Assembly: GCA_946403755.1 (NCBI GenBank)
Contig: CAMJBC010000004.1
Coordinates: 44,157 to 108,156, forward strand
Direction: 5' to 3'
Origin: an uncultured Mycoplasmatota bacterium
GTDB lineage: Bacteria; Bacillota_I; Bacilli_A; RF39; UBA660
DNA length: 64,000 nucleotides
Below the pieces are notes generated by a model. It was not told the DNA's origin, searched no databases, and worked only from the letters and a program-made list of their open reading frames with translations. Below are positions 39,052 through 48,200 of the stretch, piece after piece. Made by a program: the position numbers and the translations under genes. Each line of letters opens with the position of its first letter. The stretch's first letter is position 1.

Positions 39052-40500
39052 CTATTTTATAAATATGTCATTAAATCCTTCATATAATTTTTCATTAAAT
39101 GTATATTTAAATTTCATATCTTTATTAGCATATATTTTTTTAGCAAATTCTACTAATTTATCTTTATTTTCTTCATCAAAGTATTCAAATGGTACTACAA
39201 AACCATTTTTACCATCTTCTACACCTATTTCATCATATACTTCTAAAGGCGTAACAATTACTTTTGTATTAACAGATAAAGCTTCTACTACACTATATGA
39301 AAATGATTCACTATCACTTAATAATACAAAATAATCACTATCATTAACATATGGCATTGGATTTAATAATCTTCTTCTATATATTAATCCATTAATATTA
39401 GTATTTTCATTTTTATCAGTAAATACATTCCATGTATATGGTATTTCAAGTTCATCAAATATTTTTGCTAAAGCAACTATTCTTTCAGGTCTTTTAATAT
39501 CTGATGTTCTCATAGTAGTACATAATGTAATATGAGGTTTAACTCTTGTTTCATCCAATTTATATGGATTATATACTACTTTAATATCTTCTGTTGGATA
39601 ATATCCTATTGATTTTTGTGCAGCTATTTTAGATACAGCAGCGTAAACTGAAAAAACATCATCTCTATAATGTTTAGAGCGAGGATAATCACTAGGATTA
39701 CCATGTATAAATAAATAATTTTTATCTATACAAATAATATTTCTAGGATAAAAGTATGTTGAATAAGTAACTAATACTCTATCACATATATAGTTAGTAT
39801 CATTTTCTTCTTTTACACATTTAAACCATTTAGAAAAATCTTCATATAAATGTCCTGACATTTCATCATATAGAATTGTTATATCATATTTTTTAGAAAA
39901 ACATACACCTATATTTCTAACCCAACTTACATATCCATTAAATGTTCCACTACATCCAGAACCTACATAAATAGCATTTTTTATATGAGTAAAACTCTTT
40001 TTATCAACATAAAACATGTTATCTTCTTTTATTATTTTATTAGCATTTGGTTTGTGATAATATACTATTTCTGGAATACAATCTGTTACTACAAAAACAT
40101 TTTTAATATATTCATTAAATGATTTAGCATCTTTATATTTATATCCAAATAATTTTAATAATTTTTCTGTTTTAAAAATAAAACTCCATATATAACTATT
40201 ATATTCTGGTTTTGTTCCCTTTATTTCTTTAGCATCAGTAGGTATTTTTTGTTTATCATAGTTTAAATAATTACATTTATAATTTATAAAACAACAGTCA
40301 AAATCATTCTTTGTTTTTTTAATTACATTCTTAAAATAATTATCTCCTAGATAATCTGTACTTTTTACAAACAAAACATATTTTGTTTTTACTTTTTTAA
40401 CTGTATCTCTTAAGTGGCCATTATAATATATTATTTCAAAAGGAGGTTCCTTTTCTAAATTGAATTCATTGCCTAAAACTATTAATGTAAAATCATACAT
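39052..40500 (-). CDS. Putative glycosyltransferase (GT-B/GT4-like C-terminal half)
   Basis: The C-terminal half has an E-x7-E-like motif, SDSESFSYSVVEAL, with ...GKNGFVVP typical of GT4 enzymes. The N-terminal half resembles a GT2-like Rossmann fold. Confidence 0.55.
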   Translation of the reverse strand: MYDFTLIVLGNEFNLEKEPPFEIIYYNGHLRDTVKKVKTKYVLFVKSTDYLGDNYFKNVIKKTKNDFDCCFINYKCNYLNYDKQKIPTDAKEIKGTKPEYNSYIWSFIFKTEKLLKLFGYKYKDAKSFNEYIKNVFVVTDCIPEIVYYHKPNANKIIKEDNMFYVDKKSFTHIKNAIYVGSGCSGTFNGYVSWVRNIGVCFSKKYDITILYDEMSGHLYEDFSKWFKCVKEENDTNYICDRVLVTYSTYFYPRNIICIDKNYLFIHGNPSDYPRSKHYRDDVFSVYAAVSKIAAQKSIGYYPTEDIKVVYNPYKLDETRVKPHITLCTTMRTSDIKRPERIVALAKIFDELEIPYTWNVFTDKNENTNINGLIYRRRLLNPMPYVNDSDYFVLLSDSESFSYSVVEALSVNTKVIVTPLEVYDEIGVEDGKNGFVVPFEYFDEENKDKLVEFAKKIYANKDMKFKYTFNEKLYEGFNDIFIK

Positions 40501-40544
40501 ATAATCTACCTCTATTATTCTCTATTCTATTGTACTAAAAAAAT

Positions 40545-40579
40545 GACAAAAATAAAAGTAGATTATTCATCTACTTTTT
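40545..40579 (-). terminator. Rho-independent terminator after the 165-aa ORF
   Basis: AAAAGTAGA-tgaata-ATCTACTTTT followed by ATTTTT on the minus strand. Near-copy of the hairpin at the 3' end of ssb (41122-41146). Confidence 0.6.
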
Positions 40580-41054
40580 AAAATTGTTGTTTTTTACCAA
40601 ACATTCTATGTAATGTATTATTCTTTTTCTTAATTGGTTTCATTATAGAAACTTCTTTTGGTTCTCTTGGACCACTATTAATAAAGTATTCTAAAGATTC
40701 AAAACTACTAATAACTTCGCTAGACATAAACCCTACCATTTGACTAGCTAATACAGAAAATTTTTGATCTGCATGAAAAGCTATATTACAAAACATACTT
40801 GAGTTAATTGATTCTACTGAACAATCAAATAATAAATAATTTGATAAATCATCTTCATTACCTAATTGAATTCCTATTACACTCTTACCTTGCGAATTTC
40901 TTTTATAAAATATTTTTTTATCTTTTGGATTAATATGCATTCTTTTAAATAACACTTGTAATTTTCCTGCTAATTCATCTATTACAGGATATTCTACTTC
41001 ACTTTCTTGCATATCATTAAGATTAATTTCATCTGTATAATATTCTAGTTCCAT
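40578..41054 (-). CDS. Cytoplasmic hypothetical protein
   Basis: Preferred start is ATG 41054 (RBS AGAGGTGG). No TM helix and no recognisable motif. Confidence 0.5.
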   Translation of the reverse strand: MELEYYTDEINLNDMQESEVEYPVIDELAGKLQVLFKRMHINPKDKKIFYKRNSQGKSVIGIQLGNEDDLSNYLLFDCSVESINSSMFCNIAFHADQKFSVLASQMVGFMSSEVISSFESLEYFINSGPREPKEVSIMKPIKKKNNTLHRMFGKKQQF

Positions 41055-41130
41055 TATTCCACCTCTTATCAACAATATATGATAAATTTAATAGTTTTAA
41101 AAGTCAATAAATAATCATTTTAAAAGCAGA

Positions 41131-41463
41131 TTATTCATCTGCTTTTTTACTACTTAAGAAAGATACTTTCTCTGCAATTACATCCGTTACGTAAACTTTT
41201 TCTCCATCATCTTTTTCGTAATTGGATGTTTGAAGTCGTCCTTTGACACCTACAATATCTCCTTTTTGGCAATATTCGCATGTGGATTCTGCTATACCAC
41301 CCCATAATATGCATCTTATGAAATCAGTATCATATGTGCCATTTACGTTTTTATAGCTTCTTGGGACTGCTACAGTTACAATTGTTCTTTTTTTATTATT
41401 ATCTGTTGTGACTATTTCAGGATCACTAACTAGTCTCCCAGCTATAACTACTTGATTTAACAT
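41131..41463 (-). CDS. ssb: Single-stranded DNA-binding protein (short OB-fold only form)
   Basis: MLNQVVIAGRLVSDPE...RCILWGGIAE...GDIVGVKGRLQTSNYE is a typical SSB OB fold. It lacks the long Gly/Pro tail. RBS AAAGGAGG. Confidence 0.8.
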   Translation of the reverse strand: MLNQVVIAGRLVSDPEIVTTDNNKKRTIVTVAVPRSYKNVNGTYDTDFIRCILWGGIAESTCEYCQKGDIVGVKGRLQTSNYEKDDGEKVYVTDVIAEKVSFLSSKKADE

Positions 41464-41695
41464 TTAACCTCCTTTCAAATGCAATATATCATTTGAAAAA
41501 ATTCATATCAAATCAGTAAAATTTAATAATTGATTGCTGTTTTATATTAAAAAAATAATAATGTTATAGAAATTAATCAATTTTATATTTAAATGTCATA
41601 TTAATAATTAAAATATATATAAATTTAATAATTTACAACGTTTTTACATTTGAAGTTAATTATAAATTAATATATAATAATTCTAGGTGATTGAA

Positions 41696-42058
41696 ATGGA
41701 TTGTTTATTTTGTAAAATTAATAATGGAGATATTCCTTCATATACTATATATGAAAATGATTATGTTAGATGTTTTTTAGATATTAATCCTATGTCTAAT
41801 GGTCATACTTTAATTGTTCCTAAGAAACATTTTTTAGATGTTAATGATATTGATTTAGAATATTTAACTGAAATTAATAAAGCTAGTAAAATAATAGTTA
41901 AATTATTAGATGAAAAATTAAAACCTAATGGATTTAGACTATTACAAAATAATGGTAAGTTACAAGAAGTAAAACATTATCATTTACATATTATTCCATC
42001 TTATAATAGAAATACTAAAAAAGATGTGGAAAGTATATATAAAATGTTAACAAAATAA
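41696..42058 (+). CDS. HIT-family nucleotide hydrolase/transferase
   Basis: Histidine triad HYHLHIIP. Preferred start is ATG 41696 after AGGTGA; the track start is a GTG. Confidence 0.85.
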   Translation: MDCLFCKINNGDIPSYTIYENDYVRCFLDINPMSNGHTLIVPKKHFLDVNDIDLEYLTEINKASKIIVKLLDEKLKPNGFRLLQNNGKLQEVKHYHLHIIPSYNRNTKKDVESIYKMLTK

Positions 42059-42112
42059 TTGTTAAAATGGCGCTAATATTGTATAATTATCATATAAAAA
42101 GGAAGTGTTTAA

Positions 42113-43279
42113 ATGGATACTAAAAAGTTATTACTCATTTGTGGTGGTATTGTTGGTGGCTTTCTTATTCTATTATTAGTTATATGGCTAATATCTTTAT
42201 CAAAACCAAGATACATTACATATGAAGCATTAGAAGCAAAGATGGTTGCAGCTTCTAAAAATTATGTTAAAGATAATGAAAGTAAATTTGCTAATGATAA
42301 TGCTAGATATAATTTAGGTTATCAAACTTTAGTAGCAGGTGAATATATTAAACCTATAGATGAACTAATTGAAGATTATGAAAAATGTTCAGCTACAGTT
42401 ACAATTATTAAAACTAATGGAGAATATTCATATGTACCATATTTAAATTGTGGTGATAAATATACTACTGTTGAATTGTATAAGCAAATATTAAATGATA
42501 ATAAAACTGTTACAAGTGGTAGTGGTTTATATAGAGATGCTAATGGTACCTATTATTTTAAAGGTAAAAATTTAAATAATTATGTAGCATTTGGTTCTAT
42601 GGAAAAAAGAAATAAAATGATAGATAACATATGGCAAATAATTAGTATATCTAATGACCATACAGTTAAATTAAGAGCAACATTTGCTATTAATGATACT
42701 AAAACTCAATGGGATGATAGATATAATGTTACTGAAGATAAATATGTTGGATATAACTTATTTGATGATAGCATTATTCAAGAAATATTAACAAATACAT
42801 ATGAAAAGAAATATATATTAAATGAAGAACAAAGATCAAAATTAGTACCTAGACGTTTATGTGTAGCGCCAAGAGCTGTAGAAGATCCTTCTAAAGATGG
42901 TTCTACAGAATGTTCTGTATTAAGTAAAAAATATTATTATTTCAGTACTCTTACTCCATATGAAATAATAAGAATAAGTACTGATGAAAATTGTAAGGAT
43001 ATGTCAAGTTATTCATGTTCTAACTTTAACTACTTATCTCAAAATAGTCAAAGTGAAGAATGGTTAATAACTTCAGCTATCGGAACTGATTACCAAGCTT
43101 GGGCTTATGATGGATTCTCATTTAATCCTGTTAAAACAAAAAATACTAAGAATTTATACTTAGTAATTGAATTAAATGAATATTCATTCTATAAAACTGG
43201 TGATGGTTCACTTGAAAATCCTTATAGATTGAAATTATCTTCTGAAACAAAAGAAACTGAAGAAAAAACTGAAAAATAA
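42113..43279 (+). CDS. Signal-anchored surface protein of unknown function
   Basis: TM helix LLLICGGIVGGFLILLLVIWLISL followed by an extracellular Cys-containing domain. Ends ...GDGSLENPYRLKL. Confidence 0.55.
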   Translation: MDTKKLLLICGGIVGGFLILLLVIWLISLSKPRYITYEALEAKMVAASKNYVKDNESKFANDNARYNLGYQTLVAGEYIKPIDELIEDYEKCSATVTIIKTNGEYSYVPYLNCGDKYTTVELYKQILNDNKTVTSGSGLYRDANGTYYFKGKNLNNYVAFGSMEKRNKMIDNIWQIISISNDHTVKLRATFAINDTKTQWDDRYNVTEDKYVGYNLFDDSIIQEILTNTYEKKYILNEEQRSKLVPRRLCVAPRAVEDPSKDGSTECSVLSKKYYYFSTLTPYEIIRISTDENCKDMSSYSCSNFNYLSQNSQSEEWLITSAIGTDYQAWAYDGFSFNPVKTKNTKNLYLVIELNEYSFYKTGDGSLENPYRLKLSSETKETEEKTEK

Positions 43280-43282
43280 AAA

Positions 43283-45130
43283 CTATTGAAATGTTTCAAT
43301 AGTTTTTTTATCGTCTATTGTTTGTTGCATTGACTTAGCAACTTGTGGTGCATTACTGTTAGTTCCAGTTACTTTAACAAACCATTGATTAGTAACAGAA
43401 ACATTATTAGATGTTGGCGTTGGATTTGGTTTGTCTATCTTGGCATATACAGGCATTTTAAAGGCTGTACCAAAGCACATTGCTGTTCCTGAAGTCAATG
43501 TCTTTAATTTATCAATATCGTGCTCAGAAACGCTATGAGTAATGCTTTTAATGATACTTAAATCATCTGGATGGAACATACGAAGTACTATATAGTTTGA
43601 ACATTGACTAAGTGCAGTTGTTGATAATTCACTAGGTCTTTGTGTTACTAAACCAAGTAATACACCATATTTTCTACCCTCTTTAGTAATTCTATCAAAT
43701 ATATTATATCCAAGGACTTCTAAATCACTATCATTCTTAACATATCTGTGTGCTTCTTCTAAAATAATATCTACTGAGAACTCTGAATTATCAGATAAAG
43801 TAACAGCATAATCTAAGAATATTTTTGAATATAATTTTGTTAATGTTTTAGCAAATCTTTCATCAACATAGTTTAAGTTGAAGTTAACAATTTGTACTTT
43901 TTCTCCTGAAGGAGAAGTAAATAATCTTTTAATAAAATCCGCTTTTGTTATATATTCATCTACTTCAAAATATTTACCATAATTACCATGAATAATACTA
44001 TCTAATCTAACTTTTAATACATTATTCATATCATACACAGTATCACTTTTTAATACACCTTCACTAATAAGTGCAAATTCAAATGCATTATACAAATCTT
44101 TTAAACCATAGAATTTAGGTTTCATATCACTTGATAATGAAAGTTCTGTATTAATAAATGATTCTAAGAATTCTGTTACTAATTGAATAGTATTTAATTT
44201 ACCTGTTGCATCTATATTTAAACATTGCATCAATGTTCTAACATATCCAGGTTGAGCTATCTCACTATTTAAATTTAAATCAGCTGTATTAAATGTAGTT
44301 AAAACTGCTATAATTTGATCCCTTATTTGAGTAGAGTTTCTACCACTAGTTAAAATATCTAATGCTGCTTTAGCAATAATATTGTTTTTATATGCTCTAA
44401 CCTTTTCTTCTTCTTCAGTAAATAAATATACATATTTTAATGCTTTTTCAATTAGAGGAAGTTGCATAGGACTAGTAGCATTTAATAATAAAGCTATATC
44501 ATCTACTTCTAATAAATATGGTGGTATTTTTACTATATTATCAAATGATTTAGAAGTATCTGTAGTTAAATATTTACATCTACAATAATCAGTTCTATTA
44601 ATCATATCTAAAGCTACATGATATTCACCATATATATCAAATAAAGCAAAACGAGAGTTTATAGGAACATTCTCTCTTCTATAAAATAGGTTTTGAAATA
44701 ATCTTGCTACCGTACATGATTTACCACTACCAGAGTTACCTATAATTGCAAAGTGGTTTGAAAATAATTCGTTTATATCTGCTGATACATTGAATCCTTC
44801 ATAAGTGATATTTTTACCAATATATAAACTATTAGGAGTATCAATTGATTGTTCACCAAGTAAATTAATAACTTCTTCTTTACCAACTGGTCTTATTTCA
44901 GAGTTAGGAGATATTTTATGTTCTAAACCACCTTGGAATTCTCCATCTATAAATTCTCCAACTAAAAGACATGTGATAGTTTTATCATCTACTGCTGAAA
45001 TTTCTCCTACTATTTTATATTTTTCTTCAAAAACTACATGAACACCTAAAATAGATGTTTGTACTTTACCACTTATATTTTCAACTTTTACTGAGTCTTC
45101 AGTAATTTCTAGTATTCTACCAAATAACAT
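43283..45130 (-). CDS. HerA-like (DUF87, FtsK-HerA superfamily) P-loop ATPase
   Basis: N-terminal HAS-barrel-like region, Walker A IIGNSGSGKS, Walker B IILEEAHRY, and LVTQRPSEL. It has its own promoter-like TATGATATAAT and RBS AGGAGG. Confidence 0.7.
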   Translation of the reverse strand: MLFGRILEITEDSVKVENISGKVQTSILGVHVVFEEKYKIVGEISAVDDKTITCLLVGEFIDGEFQGGLEHKISPNSEIRPVGKEEVINLLGEQSIDTPNSLYIGKNITYEGFNVSADINELFSNHFAIIGNSGSGKSCTVARLFQNLFYRRENVPINSRFALFDIYGEYHVALDMINRTDYCRCKYLTTDTSKSFDNIVKIPPYLLEVDDIALLLNATSPMQLPLIEKALKYVYLFTEEEEKVRAYKNNIIAKAALDILTSGRNSTQIRDQIIAVLTTFNTADLNLNSEIAQPGYVRTLMQCLNIDATGKLNTIQLVTEFLESFINTELSLSSDMKPKFYGLKDLYNAFEFALISEGVLKSDTVYDMNNVLKVRLDSIIHGNYGKYFEVDEYITKADFIKRLFTSPSGEKVQIVNFNLNYVDERFAKTLTKLYSKIFLDYAVTLSDNSEFSVDIILEEAHRYVKNDSDLEVLGYNIFDRITKEGRKYGVLLGLVTQRPSELSTTALSQCSNYIVLRMFHPDDLSIIKSITHSVSEHDIDKLKTLTSGTAMCFGTAFKMPVYAKIDKPNPTPTSNNVSVTNQWFVKVTGTNSNAPQVAKSMQQTIDDKKTIETFQ

Positions 45131-45172
45131 AGCAAGCCTCCTATTTTATTCATAATTATTATATCATAATCC

Positions 45173-45203
45173 AAATAAAAAACGCTAGTTTTTTCTAGCG
45201 TTT
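45173..45203 (-). terminator. Rho-independent terminator after the 1347-aa gene
   Basis: ACGCTAG-aaaaaa-CTAGCGT hairpin followed by a T-run on the minus strand. Confidence 0.7.
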
Positions 45204-45206
45204 TTA

Positions 45207-48200
45207 TTATTTTTCATAACCGTAGTCAGCATCTTCATCATCGTCTTCTCTACTCTTGATGATTGTATGTGCTCCAAGAGCACTAGCTCCTACTGCTAAA
45301 CCTATTCCAGCTGCGATACCCATTGTCTTAATACCATTGTTTTTCTTAACAGGTTCTGGTTCTGTTGGTATATCTATATCTATATCGTATTCATCAATAC
45401 TTGGCTCTTCAATTATTGGCTCTTCATATTCATCAATACTTGGTTCTTCAATAATTGGTTCAGTTTCAATTGGTAATTCCTCAGTTGGTGTTTCTACTGG
45501 AAGTGTTGGATTTTCATCAACTGGATCTTTTGGTTTCTTATTTGATCCGCCACCGCCACCAGGTTTTTTCTTACCAGGTTTATTTGTTGGAGGTTCTGTT
45601 GCTTCAGTTGGAGGTTCTGTTGCCCCTGTTGGAGGTTCAGTTCCTTCAGTTGGAGGTTCTGTTGCCTCTGTTGGAGGTTCAGTTGCTTCTGTTGGAGGTT
45701 CTGTTTCCTCTGATGGAGGCTCTGTTGTTGATGGTGGCTCTGTTGTTGTAGAAGGTTCAGGTGTATCTGGTCCTCCAATTGGTCCAGTATAAGTATCATC
45801 GTCATCGTCATCATCGTCATCATCATTACCAGTTGTTGGTTCATCTTGACCAGTTGTTGGCTCATCTTGTCCAGTTGTTCCTTCAGTTGCTGGAGGAGTT
45901 TGACCTTCTGCTTCAGCTTTTACTTTATCATAGAAATCTTTAAATATTTGATTGAAGTCAGTGCCTTTAGCTAGTCCATACGCTGATAAATCTACTTGTA
46001 ATGTATTAAATGATTTATTATTTTGAACAAAGCCTACAGGATCTGCATATGCAGCCTTAATTTGGTTAACAGCATCTAAAATTACATTTTGTGCTTCAGT
46101 TAATACAGCTGATAGTCCTCTTAATTTTTCTACTAATTTTGTTAATTCATCAAATACAGTTTTTGCATTATCAAGTGCTGCTTTAGCAGCTCCTACATCT
46201 GGACAAGTTACTGCTGGAGAAATTACTGTTCCATCAGTTGCAACTTCTGCTGCTTTTGGTACGCAAGATAATGCTGCTTGATATGCTGCTTCTGCATCAT
46301 TATATGCTGTTTCTGCTTCTTTCAAAGCTTGTTCTTTTGCTTCTAATTCACTATCATCTAATGAATCATAATCACCCATGTATGCGATAATTATGCCCAT
46401 AGCTGTTTGCATAGCTTCTTGTAAGAATTCAGCAGATTGTTGACTAACTTTTAACATATCTTTATATGTTGCAAGATTTGTTGCTACATCTTCCCAAACT
46501 CCACCTGCTAATAAATTTCCAGCTCCTATTCCAGCCATGAAGTCATCTACGCCTTGAGATAAAGCTTTAGCTCTATCTATTTCAGCATCTAAAGTTGGTG
46601 TGATTGCAGATACTGCTGCTTTAAGGGCATCTACACTAATCTTTCCAGATTTTCCGGCTTCTAATTGTTGAGTTAATGTATTTGCTAATTCATCATATCT
46701 TCCGCCTGCATTTAATGCTTCTTGAGACATGCTTAATTGTAACGCATCAGATGCAGCTTGTAATCTATCTAATTGATCGCGCATTCCAGGATTATCAGCA
46801 TTATATAAATCTGTCATTCCTTGAGATAATGTTGAATCAGCTAAAAGTGCAGCACATTCATCCATTTGATAAATTAAGTTAGCTATTCCATAAATTGCAT
46901 CAGCTTCTGCGCTTAAATTATCATATAATCTATTAGTTACAGCACCATAATAATTAGCTGCTCCATATAAAGCTCCTACTACAGAAGCTTCATTATCAGA
47001 TCCTTTTGTATATTGTAAATCATTATGAGCACCTATTTGACCTTTAATACTTTGCATGTGATCGCTAACAAAGCATAAGTTAGATGCTAATGTTTTATCA
47101 TCTTTAGTTGCATATCCTGATGAGAAAGAACTTAATGATGGTTTTGTTTTAGTATCTTCGACTGTTACTCCATCTTCATTAATAATTTCAATTACAGTCT
47201 CATTATCATAATATGTTCTTCTTTCTATTTTTCCTGTTACTGGATCTTTAACTTCTACTGTTCTAGCATATTTTTCAATTAATCCATCTTTATTATAAAC
47301 AATTTGTGTTGTTACTATACCATGTCCATTGTCTTCTGTTGTTACAACAGTCTTATTTCCTTCTGCATCTCTTGTTACAGTTGTAGTTGATACAGTAACT
47401 CCACCTTTGGCAACAGATGTTTCTTCACTAATAATTTCGCCTTTATCATTTGTTTTAATAATTGTTGTTTGTTTATATTCATTTTCTGTATCCAAGTTAA
47501 TAGCTTGAGTTGTTTCAGTTGTTGTTACTCCATTTGTTGTGATAGTTCTTGTAACTGAAACTGAACCGTCTTCTTCTAATGTGATTTTTTCAGTTAGTTC
47601 TCCATCTGGAGTATCATATATATTTGTTTGTACTGTTGCTTTTGATCCGTCATTTCTTACTATATCTTGAGTATCAGATTTTTTAGGAGTAGTGTTAGGA
47701 GCTAGTGACCCCTCAGGATTTTCCTCTGTTGAAACTTCCCCAGTAGGTACTTCCTCTGTTGAGACTTCCCCAGTAGGTGTTTCCTCTGTTGGAACTTCCC
47801 CAGTAGGTGTTTCCTCTGTTGGAACTTCCCCAGTAGGTATTTCCTCTGTTGGAACTTCTTCTACTGGAGTTTCTGCAGGGATGACTGCAGCATCTCTTTC
47901 TAAAGCATACTCAGGGTCAGTTTCTGCTAATGCTGCTATAAAATTATCAGCATTATACGTACGTGTTACAGGTGCTCCTGATCCTGATTCATATGTTGTT
48001 ATTGTTCCACCTACTAGGCGTCCATTTTGATCATAAGTTGAAACTACTACTCTATCATTGCTGGTATTATCCCACATGTTTCCACCTAAAAATCCATTGC
48101 TATCATTTCTATGATAAAATTGTGTTGTTACTGTTGTTTGTTGTGTTTCCGGATCAACATAAAATATCTCTCTTGCTACAACTTCTCCACTATCATGTCT

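Noticed and set aside
41131-45130. ssb plus the HerA-like ATPase (and FtsK-like EssC elsewhere) considered as signs of an integrative conjugative element or prophage
   Set aside because: No integrase, relaxase, replication, capsid or tail genes and no att-like repeats were seen. The genes are interleaved with conserved housekeeping genes (HIT, valS, der).
45256-45943. Several ORFs (178, 98, 123 and 60 aa) overlapping the 3' end of the 1347-aa gene on both strands
   Set aside because: They are alternative or antisense frames of the EPPT and poly-Asp repeats. Their repetitive low-complexity translations, lack of an RBS and full embedding in a much longer coherent ORF argue against them.
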